This document shows, one piece after another, positions 39,411-51,055 of a stretch of DNA of 63,049 nt. The DNA is taken from NCBI RefSeq assembly GCF_001194135.2, contig NC_068982.1, positions 70,906,112-70,969,160 of the forward strand. Direction: 5' to 3'. The position numbers and the translations under genes were made by a program. The notes below the pieces were generated by a model that was not told the origin of the DNA, did no database searches, and worked only from the letters and a program-made list of their open reading frames with translations. Position 1 is the stretch's first letter; each line of letters opens with the position of its first letter. This DNA is from Octopus bimaculoides. Its lineage: Eukaryota.

Positions 39411-40606
39411 CTATATATATATATATATTCATATATTTATATATATATTTATACTTATATGTAGATATATGTTCATATACATATATATATGTAATCATAT
39501 ATATATTATATATATATATACATATCTATACACACACTCACACCCACACACACAAAAGTTTACATATATTTACATATATCATCATTTTTACATGTTTGTT
39601 TCCATTTTTGCATGGATACATTCGTACATACACATAATTTCATAATATATATTTACATATTTGATCATCATCTTTACATCCATTTTTTCGAGCCTGCATA
39701 AGTTACACACACACACATGCATACACTAACATGCACACATATTCACACATTTGCTGTTTCATTACTTGTTTTTTTTCTTTTTTTTCTTTGCAAAATTTCA
39801 TTCCGTAGTTATGAATATTGGTAAAATATGGAATCGAGTAAACTTCAACTTAGGCTTGCATTAACACAATTAAACATAATAGACTTCTGTTATTCTGTTC
39901 TGCAGTTTTGAAGAACTATTTTTTAAAAAATGTAAAAAAAATAAAAAAATAAAAAATAAAAAAAATATATAAAAATGATAACAAAACTAATTCACATGTC
40001 CACCAGTTTTTTTCCCTCACCGATTTTATTACTTGTTGCTAAATTATCAGCTAGACATTGTAACTTTCTTCTTGACAATCAGAATAAATAGATAAATAAA
40101 TAGATTCTCTATGGCAACTAGACAAATACAAAGTTACTGAGGCAGAAGTTGACTTTTATGAAACAACAGAGTTTCCTTTCAGAAGCGATGTCAAAGAATA
40201 AAATAACTAAAAATGCAACGCAAAAAGTAAAAGAGAAAAAAAAAAAAGAAGAAATTAACAAAGACCATTGATTAAAGGAAGTAGTTCAAGAGAACCACTT
40301 GAGTTACACAAAAGAATTACACAATGTTTTTGTTATTTTTATTCTTATTATAATTATTTTTCCTCAAGAATTGTATGCATTTCTAGCTTTTGCATAATTG
40401 TTTTATTAAATAAATAGCATAGATACAGTTTTCGAAAATCTATTCTTTTTTTTTTCCTTATATCAAAATATGAAATCTGTAATTATTTAGAATTATTTTT
40501 CCTATTTAATTTTTCTGTTGGTGATTGGGGAAGAGTGTGATACTTGTTTTTACTTCGAGATAAAAATACTATGCATTTATATGTAATGAATATTACATAT
40601 ACATAC

Positions 40607-41105
40607 ATCATCGTCATTTAACGTCCGCTTTCCATGCTAGCATGGGTTGGACGATTTGACTGAGGACTGGTGAAACCAGATGGCTACACCAAGTTCCAAT
40701 CTGATTTGGCAGAGTTTCTACAGCTGGATGCCCTTCCTAACGCCAACCACTCTGAGAGTGTAGTAGGTGCTTTTACGTGCCACTGGCACGAAGGCCAGTC
40801 AGGCGCTACTGGCAACGGCCACACTCAAAATGGTGTATTTTACGTGCCACCTGCACAGGAGCCAGTTTGGCGGCACTGGCAACGATCTCGCTTGAATGTC
40901 TTTACACGTGCCAGGAAGGCGATGCTGGGCACAGGTGCCATTGACGGTTTCGCTTTCGATTGCCCCAACAGGTCTTCGCAAGTCGAGTTTTGTTTCCAAT
41001 GAAGGAGACGACGTTGGCATGGGTGCCAGTCATCGAATTTAATTCGATTTCGATTACCTCAACAGGTCTTCGCAAGCGGAGTTTAGTGTCCAAAGAAGGA
41101 AAGCA
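40607..41105 (-). mobile_element. RTE LINE 3' UTR copy, same family as 1750-2400
   Basis: Near-identical to 1750-2290 and 57640-58210. CpG-rich, so probably young. Confidence 0.8.
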
Positions 41106-41387
41106 TATACATATATATATATATATGTATATATATAAACACACACACACATACATACACACTTATTCTTTTGCGTGTTTCAGTCATTTGACTGTGGCCA
41201 TGCTGGAACATGGCCTTTTAGTCGCAAAAATCGACTCCTGGACTTTATTCTTTGTAAGCGTGGTGCCTGTCCTATTAGTCTCTTCTGCCAAACCACTATG
41301 TTACGGGGACATAAACACACCAACATCAGTTGTCAAGCGATGGTGGGGGACACAAGCAGACACAAACACACACACACACATAAATAT

Positions 41388-41427
<40 letters not shown>

Positions 41428-42269
41428 GACAGACTTCTTTCAGTTTCCATCTACCAAATCCACTTGCCCAAGGTGCCACACAGCCAGACTGAACCTGGAA
41501 CCAGTCCTTCTGGTTATATATATGATACATATATATATATATATGTATCATCTTAATTGTTGCCGTCATTGTATATTCATCTTCTATGCTGGCATGGGTT
41601 GTACAGTTTGACAATCCAATGAGCTGATGGACTGTCTGGAGCTCTGTCTGCTTTGGCTTGGTTTCTTCTACTGGACGCCCTTCCTAATGCCAACCACTTT
41701 ACAGTGTGTATGGGATGCTTTTTTTGTAACCCTGGCACAAATGAGATCACCAAGTAACTCACAAAGAAAAGAAAAGAATCCCCTCAATTGAATGAGTTTG
41801 CAGTAGAGAGGACAGACATGAGTGTCTTGCTATAGAAGAGATACTTGGCTACTTTACATTATATAGGAATAGATGGGAGTAGCAAGAAGTAAACATATCA
41901 AACTGATTTTTGGCTACTGGAATAAAAGGGTAAAGACCCCCTTTAGTCATGAATGACCGTAGAAAGTTGCCCTCCTAGGCACAATTCCAGGCAAGGGTGT
42001 TTATGGAAAACCAGCAATCGCTCATGCAAATCAGCCTCCCCTTTCCATGCCATTGATGTTATTCAAGGGAAGGGTAAAGGCTGATACAGCTTGGCACCAG
42101 TGATGTCACAACTCATTTCTACAGCTGAGTGAACTGGAGCAACATGAAATGAAATGTCTTGCTCATGAAGACAACACACAACCTGGTCCAGGAATCAAAC
42201 TCACTACCTCATGATTGTGAGCCCAATGTTCTAATCACTGAGCCATCAGAACATTATTGAATTTAGCCA

Positions 42270-42615
42270 ATTCAGGAAAACCTGAACAAAGAACTCTGAT
42301 GATCTAGGTTTATATGGAATCGATGGTCCATGGAATAGCTTTTGCTGTCCTATTAGAAACATGACTAAGAGGACAGTGGGTGTTATGAAAGCTAAACTAC
42401 CAATTCTTCTAGTCAGAAAATGAGAATACTTCACAGAATAGAGTTGGTGTTGGTCTAGTCATTGTGGACAGTTGTGTCAGCAAATTGGTGTTGCTTCCTG
42501 TTGCTATATCTGATAGGCTAATGAAGGTCAGACTAGCCCTTAGTGAAAACCAAAATATTACTGTTTTTAGTGTCTATGTTCATGCGATGACCAGTCAGCA
42601 GAGTAAGGAGAAGGA
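42270..42615 (+). mobile_element. RTE-type LINE apurinic endonuclease fragment
   Basis: GVGLVIVDSCVSKLVLLPVAISDRLMKVRLAL...ITVFSVY resembles the RTE APE motif GVGFAI...INDRLMTLRLPL...IISAYAPT. Confidence 0.8.
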
Positions 42616-42649
42616 TAGGTGGACTTACATAAATAGTAGAGCAGATAGG

Positions 42650-43212
42650 CACAAGTGCAGCTGTGTGGTTAAGAAGCTTGATTCCCAACCATAGGTTCAG
42701 TTCTACTATGCAGCACTTGGGACATATGTCTTCTACTATAGCCTCAGGATGGCCAAAGCTTTGTGATAGTAGACAGAAACAGGAAGAAGCTCACTCTATG
42801 TGTGTGTGTGTGTGTGTGTGTAGGTGCAGGCATGGCTGTGTGGTAAGAAGCTTGTTCCCCAACCACATTATTCCAGGTTCAGTCCCACTGTGGCACCTTG
42901 GGCAAGTGTCTTCTGTTATAGACTCAGGCCGACCAAAGCCTTGTGAGTGGATTTGGCAGACAGAAACTGAAAGAAGCCTATCATATATATTTATGTGTGT
43001 GTGTCTTTGTGTATGTGCTTGTTCCCCCACCACCACCATCACTTCTCAACCAATGTTGGTGTGTTTACATCCCCATAATTTAGTGGTTCAGCAAAAGAAA
43101 CCAATAGAATAAGGATTACAAAGAATAAGTCCTGGGGTAGATTTCTTTGACTAAAATAATCTTTAAGGCAGTGCTCCAGCATGGCTGCAGTCAAATGACT
43201 GAAACTTTTAAA
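42650..43212 (+). mobile_element. SINE family B with tandem double head
   Basis: Head repeated at about 42655 and 42830, with a single tail. Confidence 0.7.
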
Positions 43213-44079
43213 AGAATAGAGGAATATATATGCGTATGTATGTGTGTGCATGTACCCTTGTCTAGATATCATGTGATGGTTATAAATGATTATCATTGTT
43301 ATACAAGTAAGGTTGTTCACTTCCAATCTTCCATGGAAAACATGTCCAGCCATGGGAAAATATTACCTTGCTTAGAAACTGGTGAAAGTTGGTGACATCA
43401 GCCATAGAAATTCTGCCTCGACAAATCTTGTCTCACCCATGCAAGCATGGAAAATTGAACGATAAACAATGATAGTGATGATGACGACTACGCTAGCAAT
43501 GATGATGATGATGATTGGAGTATCCAATTACAAAATATCTTGCGTCTTTTTATGTTGTCAGTTCAAATCCCACTAGAGTTACCTTTTCCTTTTGTTGTTC
43601 TGGGGTCAATAAAATAGTTATCAATAATTTAATGAGACAATACAATTGACTCTATTATTCATCTGTGAAAATTGATTTTACCATTTAACAGTTGAAAATA
43701 TATCTTTAGGATGGCCAGTCAGCTGTGAAAGTGTATTATTCATTAGTTCCGATGTAAATAGCCTGACTTACAGAACCATTCTACTCATGCTTAGAGGAGA
43801 AAATAGATGCAGAATGATAAAAGAGAAATAATACAATTGAAATTCCTAATTTTCTCTTGTTTACATCATTCCACTAATGATCACCAGCCACAAGCAAGTT
43901 ATTGTCATCAACAATAGTCAGTGACTAGAATAACTTAATCAAGGCATTAATATTTGCTTCATAAACAGCTTCAGGATAGACTGAGCAAGCATTGAGAATC
44001 TTAATTTCAACAAGACCATGTCTTCATCATGTGAAATAATGTGGCCTACTGGTTAGGGTGGAGGCGCAATGGCCCAGTG

Positions 44080-44360
44080 GTTAGGGCAGCAGACTCGCGG
44101 TCATAGGATCGCGGTTTCGATTCCCAGACCAGGCGTTGTGAGTGTTTATTGAGTGAAAACACCTAAAAGCTCCACAAGGCTCCGGCAGGGGATGGTGGCG
44201 AACCCTGCTGTACTCTTTCACCACAACTTTCTCTCACTCGTATTTCCTGTTTGTTGTACCTGTATTTCAAAGGGGCCAGCCTTGTCACACTGTGTCACGC
44301 TGAATATCCTCGAGAACCNNNNNNNNNNTCGTAAGCGATGGAGTGCCAACAACAACAACT
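44080..44360 (+). mobile_element. SINE family A inserted into an older tRNA-like SINE head
   Basis: Same head, body and tail. Flanked by actggttagggt / actggttagtgt. Small internal gap. Confidence 0.8.
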
Positions 44361-45554
44361 GGTTAGTGTATTGCACTCACAATTACAGCAACATTGTGGT
44401 TTCAATTTCTGGATCAGGTGGTGAGCTGGCAAAAATGTTAGCATGCCAGGCAAAATGCTTAGCGGTATTTTATCTGTCTTTACATTTTGAGTTCTAATTC
44501 TGCCGAGGTCGGCTTAGCCTTTCATCCTTTCAGGATTGATAAATTAAGTACCAGTTGCATACTGGGGTTGATCTAATTGACTGGTCCCCTCCCCAAAAAG
44601 TAGAAAAGAATTTCTGGATCAGGCAGTGCATTGGTCTCTTAAGCAAAAAACTTCATTTACTATTATTCCAGTTCACTCAGCTGAAAATGAATAATCCTGC
44701 AATGGAGTGGCGACCTCTTCTGGGGTAATGTTGTCATCTCAGTCACGTACATACTGCAGGGGCAGGTAACTGGCCCTGTGTGTCTTAGGACTCAAGGCAG
44801 TAATATTCACTGGTTGATGATGATGATGTAAATTGGTTTCAAATTTTAGCACAAAGCCATCAATTTTGGGAAATGAAGGCAAGTCAATTATATTGACTCA
44901 GTGCACTTATTTTAAGTACTGGTACTTATACTATTAACCCCTAGAGGATGGAAGGCAAAGTCAACCTTGGCAGAACTTGAACACAGAACATATATGAATA
45001 GCATTTTGCCCAGCGTGCTAACAATTCTGCTTGCTTGTTTCCCTTCATCATGATGTAAACTAACATAAAAAGATATGTCTACGTCTACCTTTGTCACGTG
45101 CCATTTGTTGTCACCAATAACATGACAACAACCAGCACAAACCCAATGAACACTTTTGGGGAAAATTCTATCTCCGCTCAAAATGAATTTTCATTTAAAC
45201 TGTCCAGATTCTTGGTTCGGTAACAAAGAACTTTAAAGCGATGCTTTTATTACTTTTGATCACATCATCACAATCATTATTGTCAGTATCATTGCTTTTA
45301 ATGTCCACGCGTGCATGGGTCAAATGGAATTTGTTGAGGCAGATTTTCTTTGGCTGGATGCCCTTCCTGTCACCAACCCTTATCTGTTTCCATGCAAAGT
45401 AATATTTTCCTCATAGCTAGACAAGTTTTGTACAGTAGACAGGAAATGAACAATCTCACTTGTATGACGATGATGATGCTCTTTTACAACCAACACATTT
45501 TGTCTAGACAAGGGTGCACACAAACACATATACATACACATAAAATTATAGATA

Positions 45555-45673
45555 TATATATATGGCATAGCTGTGTGGTAAGAAGTTTGCTTCCTAACCA
45601 CATGGTTCTGGGTTCAGTCCTACTGCATGGCACCAGCACCTTCGGCCTTGTAAGTGGATTTGGTAAAAAGAAG

Positions 45674-45735
<62 letters not shown>

Positions 45736-46343
45736 GCANNNNNNNNNNNNNNNNNNNNNNNNNNNNNNNNNNNNNNNNNNNNNNNNNNNNNNNNNNNNNN
45801 NNNNNNNNNNNNNNNNNNNNNNNNNNNNNNNNNNNNNNNNNNNNNNNNNNNNNNNNNNNNNNNNNNNNNNNNNNNNNNNNNNNNNNNNNNNNNNNNNNNN
45901 NNNNNNNNNNNNNNNNNNNNNNNNNNNNNNNNNNNNNNNNNNNNNNNNNNNNNNNNNNNNNNNNNNNNNNNNNNNNNNNNNNNNNNNNNNNNNNNNNNNN
46001 NNNNNNNNNNNNNNNNNNNNNNNNNNNNNNNNNNNNNNNNNNNNNNNNNNNNNNNNNNNNNNNNNNNNNNNNNNNNNNNNNNNNNNNNNNNNNNNNNNNN
46101 NNNNNNNNNNNNNNNNNNNNNNNNNNNNNNNNNNNNNNNNNNNNNNNNNNNNNNNNNNNNNNNNNNNNNNNNNNNNNNNNNNNNNNNNNNNNNNNNNNNN
46201 NNNNNNNNNNNNNNNNNNNNNNNNNNNNNNNNNNNNNNNNNNNNNNNNNNNNNNNNNNNNNNNNNNNNNNNNNNNNNNNNNNNNNNNNNNNNNNNNNNNN
46301 NNNNNNNNNNNNNNNNNNNNNNNNNNNNNNNNNTATATATATA

Positions 46344-46418
<75 letters not shown>

Positions 46419-46585
46419 TTGTTGGTGTGTTTACATCCTTGTAACTTAGTGGTTCAGCAAAAGATATCAATAAAATAAGTACTAGGATTACGAAGAATAA
46501 GTCCTGGAGTCGATTTGTTCGACTAAAGGCAGTGCTCCAGCATGGCCACAGTCAAATGGCTGAAACAATAAAAGAATAAAAGAAT
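45555..46585 (+). mobile_element. SINE family B whose internal (AT)n is expanded and spans an N-gap
   Basis: Head before the gap and tail after it, with the gap inside the microsatellite. Confidence 0.7.
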
Positions 46586-48021
46586 ATATACAAATGACAG
46601 ATGGATTGTGGTTCACTACAGCTGTTTCAGATGTGTTTTTTATTAATAACCAGAAGTGTTAGTACATCATGCAAAAGGTGTTTTCATCAGATGAATACAG
46701 GTAAGGATTAAACGTTTAGAATTTCTCAAGAACAATTACATAGACCCATATGACTTCACTGACGCAAATTCGATAAGAGACCTCACCTTGGTGCTTTTAC
46801 CATTTAAGTATCTGATTCTCTTGAATCCTGAGAATTATATAAATTAAAGGAAGAGGGTGGGTCAAAACATTGAGCCATTATCTGGGATATCCCAGAAACA
46901 ACTGTAAGACATTATTTGCTTTTGCTCACTTCGATTCACCACTATAATGATTAAAATAATTTAAATGATCTGATAACCTTGTCCTGCCTTGTTTTTTGTT
47001 TTTCTCCTCCTTTAATTTATACCTGCTGAATCTGGAGTAGGCTACAGATCCTCAGCTCTATCCCCTGCTGTGAACTTGGATCTCAGTGGATTATCAGTTG
47101 AAGCACTTACACAGCATGCCTGTTAGTTTCGATCACCAGTGACCTAAACNNNNNNNNNNNNNNNNNNNNNNNNNNNNNNNNNNNNNNNNNNNNNNNNNNN
47201 NNNNNNNNNNNNNNNNNNNNNNNNNNNNNNNNNNNNNNNNNNNNNNNNNCCACCACCAGCACCCCTCTGCTCAATCCAAGCCCACCCACCCCCACAACAT
47301 TTTTCAATATAAAGTATTCAGAGAGCCATGATATGTCCTGCTTTATATACTTTGTGTGAGTGTGTGTATGTGTGTGTTTGTGTGCGCATGCATGTTTTGT
47401 ATTAGTATTTAATTCTTTTTTTAATCATATTTTATTTGTCAACATGGCTCTACCTTTATCCTTCCTCTCCACTTCTTTCTCTTCCTTATATTTCTTAGAC
47501 CCCTTATCTATCTATATATACACACACACACACATTCTTTATTGTTGTATCTTGCTTATATTTTGGATCATGGTTTTACTTAGATATTCCTACGGTTCTT
47601 GTATTCTTTGCTATATTCTCATTTCAATTTCATTTCTGTTTTTTTCCCTCCTTTTTCTCTCTCTTTTTTTTGGAATATTTCAATAATATTTTTTATAGTA
47701 TTTTTGTTNNNNNNNNNNTATATATATTGATATGTATTGATATATATGTGTATGTGTGGTTGTGTTAATACACCTATACATGTATGGGTGTGGATGTATC
47801 CATGCATGCACATCTGTGTCTCTCCATGTACAGATAAAAATGTAGATTGATGTCTAAAAGAGGAGAAACATCATTTTGAAAATATCTTTTAGCACAAGAA
47901 TATCTCTTGCTAAAGGTTCTAAATCTCAGTTTTTTCTCTCATTTATACTGGTATCTACAGAAACATGTTCATGCATGCAGTTTTACAATTATCTAATACA
48001 TGTCTTCAATCTTTTTTACAT

Positions 48022-48069
<48 letters not shown>

Positions 48070-48238
48070 TTGTATTATATATATATTCACACACACAAGT
48101 GTTCTGTTAAGATGTATTTTTATGTTTGTTTGTGTGTATGTATATATGTATGCATATGTATATATATGTGTATGTACGTATATATAAGTATATATACATA
48201 TATACACAGTCACACACACATACGCACATATACATATA

Positions 48239-48324
<86 letters not shown>

Positions 48325-48362
48325 TACACATACTTATACATATAATATTACTTGCATTACAG

Positions 48363-48506
48363 CGGGTCAGTGATTTGGAACAGGAGGTACGCACAAGCCA
48401 GGAGAAATTCTTGCAGAATGAGCAAAACTACAAACAGGAGATGTCTGAGAAAGAACTACGACATGAGGGCGAGAAGAAGAAACTTGTTCGCCAACAGGAA
48501 GATGAG
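48363..48506 (+). CDS. CEP112: Coiled-coil exon, probably CEP112 exon J ([48 protein letters not shown])
   Basis: cattacAG / gag|GTAGGT, 144 nt, phase 0-0, compatible with exon I. It lies on a small contig of doubtful placement and is GC-richer than the other exons. Confidence 0.6.
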
Positions 48507-49547
48507 GTAGGTTGGTTCTGTATTATATCGGTTTGCCACCTCCCCCTCCCTCCCCATTGCCACCACTCAACGACCCATCATGAATTAAGCATTGCCCCCC
48601 ACCCCCACCANNNNNNNNNNNNNNNNNNNNNNNNNNNNNNNNNNNNNNNNNNNNNNNNNNNNNNNNNNNNNNNNNNNNNNNNNNNNNNNNNNNNNNNNNN
48701 NNNNNNNNNNNNNNNNNNNNNNNNNNNNNNNNNNNNNNNNNNNNNNNNNNNNNNNNNNNNNNNNNNNNNNNNNNNNNNNNNNNNNNNNNNNNNNNNNNNN
48801 NNNNNNNNNNNNNNNNNNNNNNNNNNNNNNNNNNNNNNNNNNNNNNNNNNNNNNNNNNNNNNNNNNNNNNNNNNNNNNNNNNNNNNNNNNNNNNNNNNNN
48901 NNNNNNNNNNNNNNNNNNNNNNNNNNTAGATATTCCTACGGTTCTTGTATTCTTTGCTATATTCTCATTTCAATTTCATTTCTGTTTTTTTCCCTCCTTT
49001 TTCTCTCTCTTTTTTTTGGAATATTTCAATAATATTTTTTATAGTATTTTTGTTGTAGTTTTTTTTAATTTTGTTGTTACTTTCTGTTTTTAATCTCTAA
49101 TTCCAACATTGACATTTGCACGTGTGTGTGTGTGTGTGTGTGTGTGTTCATGAATACATTCATCATATGATGTTTATATTTTTTTCATATTCATTTCATA
49201 CATTTTTCTTTATTATTAAATATATTCTTTACTGCTTACAGAAGTTGTTACATCTATTGTACATGTTTGTACGTATTTATGCATGTGTTTGTTGTATATT
49301 GTTGAACACATTTCTTTCAAAACTTGTTCCTACATATCTTAAAAACTCATGTGTGTATATATATATATATATATATATGAGCTTTATTCATACACGCACA
49401 CACACGGATGCATTTGTACATGTATAGACATAAATATATACATCTATACAAACAGACACACAAACATATATATATATAAACACATAGAATGGTTGAGGTG
49501 AATGGAGTAAGAGAGAAGTTGGAAGCTATGCATGTATAGAACCATAT

Positions 49548-49586
<39 letters not shown>

Positions 49587-49751
49587 ACAATATTACTATA
49601 TATACAACAATAAGTTTTTGTCATTCATAACACATGTGGTTTGTGTAAATATGTCTTGAAGGTTTTGTTATCCAGCTACTTTTCATTTCCAAGACACTTG
49701 TATACATTCCTCATACATTCACGTTTGACATGATCATTGTGTATTCTGTAG

Positions 49752-49822
49752 AAGCTAGGAAGCAAGTAGAGTTTCTGAACGCATATTTAGGAGAGGATAA
49801 ACCTATTTCTAATAATTTATGA
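49752..49822 (+). CDS. Speculative terminal exon (ARKQVEFLNAYLGEDKPISNNL*)
   Basis: gtattctgtAG acceptor, phase-1 open frame to TGA, AATAAA at 49839-49844. Needs a phase-1 donor upstream. No firm homology. Confidence 0.25.
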
Positions 49823-50786
49823 TGTAGATCAATACTATAATAAAGAAAGGTGCTTATTCATTAGTTTGGAGTTTGTAAATTTTGCTAAAAGAAAGCAATT
49901 GTTAAAGTCTACACAGTCTAGAACATTCTTATAAATTCCAGTTTTAATGTTTTTATCAAAATATGGTTTTCAAGTTTCTTTTTATTGAAGATTTTAATAC
50001 TGTGATTCAATCATAAGCTAAATTTTATTCACTGTGACATAGTCATTTTACACTGCTTTACAGCATTTTTAAGTGTCTCTGTTTATACTTCTGAAATTAT
50101 GAAGGTTGCTCAAATATTTTTAATGCTACTTTATACAGACAGATCAGTAAAAAATATTTCTCTAAATTATAAATTTAATCCAATGTCAATCAAATTATGT
50201 TGAATCCTTTCATATTTGTTAGGCCTTTCTCATTACTTTTGAGAACTGAATATTTTCTCATAACTTTTTGAAAACTGAATATTTTTATAATGAAATTTTT
50301 TATGAATATGTTTCAGGTGATATAGATTAGAACAGAATTTATTGTGAAAAATTTTCCAGAGATTAAGGTGGGGGTGTGGACTGAAAAATTTTAGATGATT
50401 CACACACCTCAAAAATTTGTTTCCTCATAACTTTCAGAAAAGTGAGCATTTTTTTAATGAATTTTTCTGCAAATACTTTTCAGATGATGTAGATTATGGT
50501 TATATTAGAATTTGTTGGGAAAATTTGGGGGGAAGGGAGGTGGGAAGGAAGAGGAGTTTTGAATAATTCATATACCTTAATGACTTTGTTTCCTCATAAC
50601 TTTCATGCTTTGTTGATGTAGAAGACAATTATGTTGAAAAAGAAAAACAGAAAAACTTCTGAAGACTATTCCACTTTCTCTTCTGGAATTTTTTAAATGA
50701 ATATCTTTTAATAAAATAAAATTCTCCAGAGGTGCTGGTATAATTTCAAGGAAGGAAAAATTTTCTGAGGTGAATTTGTTGGTATG

Positions 50787-51055
50787 TGTTGTGATGGGAG
50801 TTACGACACCCCCTTGCAAGAAATAGACTGGTCCAAGTAAAGTATAAATAGTAATGATCCAAGTGAGTTCAAGGTTCAGAGTTCGGAGTTGAGTGAAGTT
50901 TGCTTTAGTTTACACTGAAGTAGGATGGTGTCATTTGGTTAGTTCATGAAGGCATATTGTTTGTTGCTTTATGAAGAGATTTGTTAGTTCGTTACATTGT
51001 TTTTACTGTTGTCTTGTTATCTTATTTATTGTACTTAACAAAGTATGTTACAGCA
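50787..51055 (+). repeat. 5' LTR of the Gypsy element
   Basis: Starts with TG and ends with CA immediately before the PBS. Contains a TATAAATA box near 50842. Confidence 0.7.

Noticed and set aside
40103-40202. + strand frame SLWQLDKYKVTEAEVDFYETTEFPFRSDVKE* as a CEP112 exon
   Set aside because: The acceptor lacks a polypyrimidine tract, the peptide is not coiled-coil, and the phase does not fit exon I.
43325-43340. X-box-like cttccatggaaaac (and gtttccatgac at about 10045)
   Set aside because: Both lie inside interspersed repeats and are imperfect matches, so they were not counted as regulatory evidence.
45350-46478. Long ORFs in the track (164-364 aa), also at 3322, 5535, 14449, 38862, 53604 and 62066
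   Set aside because: They are artefacts of N-gaps translated as X and of (AT)n/(AC)n repeats giving YI/HT/CV runs.
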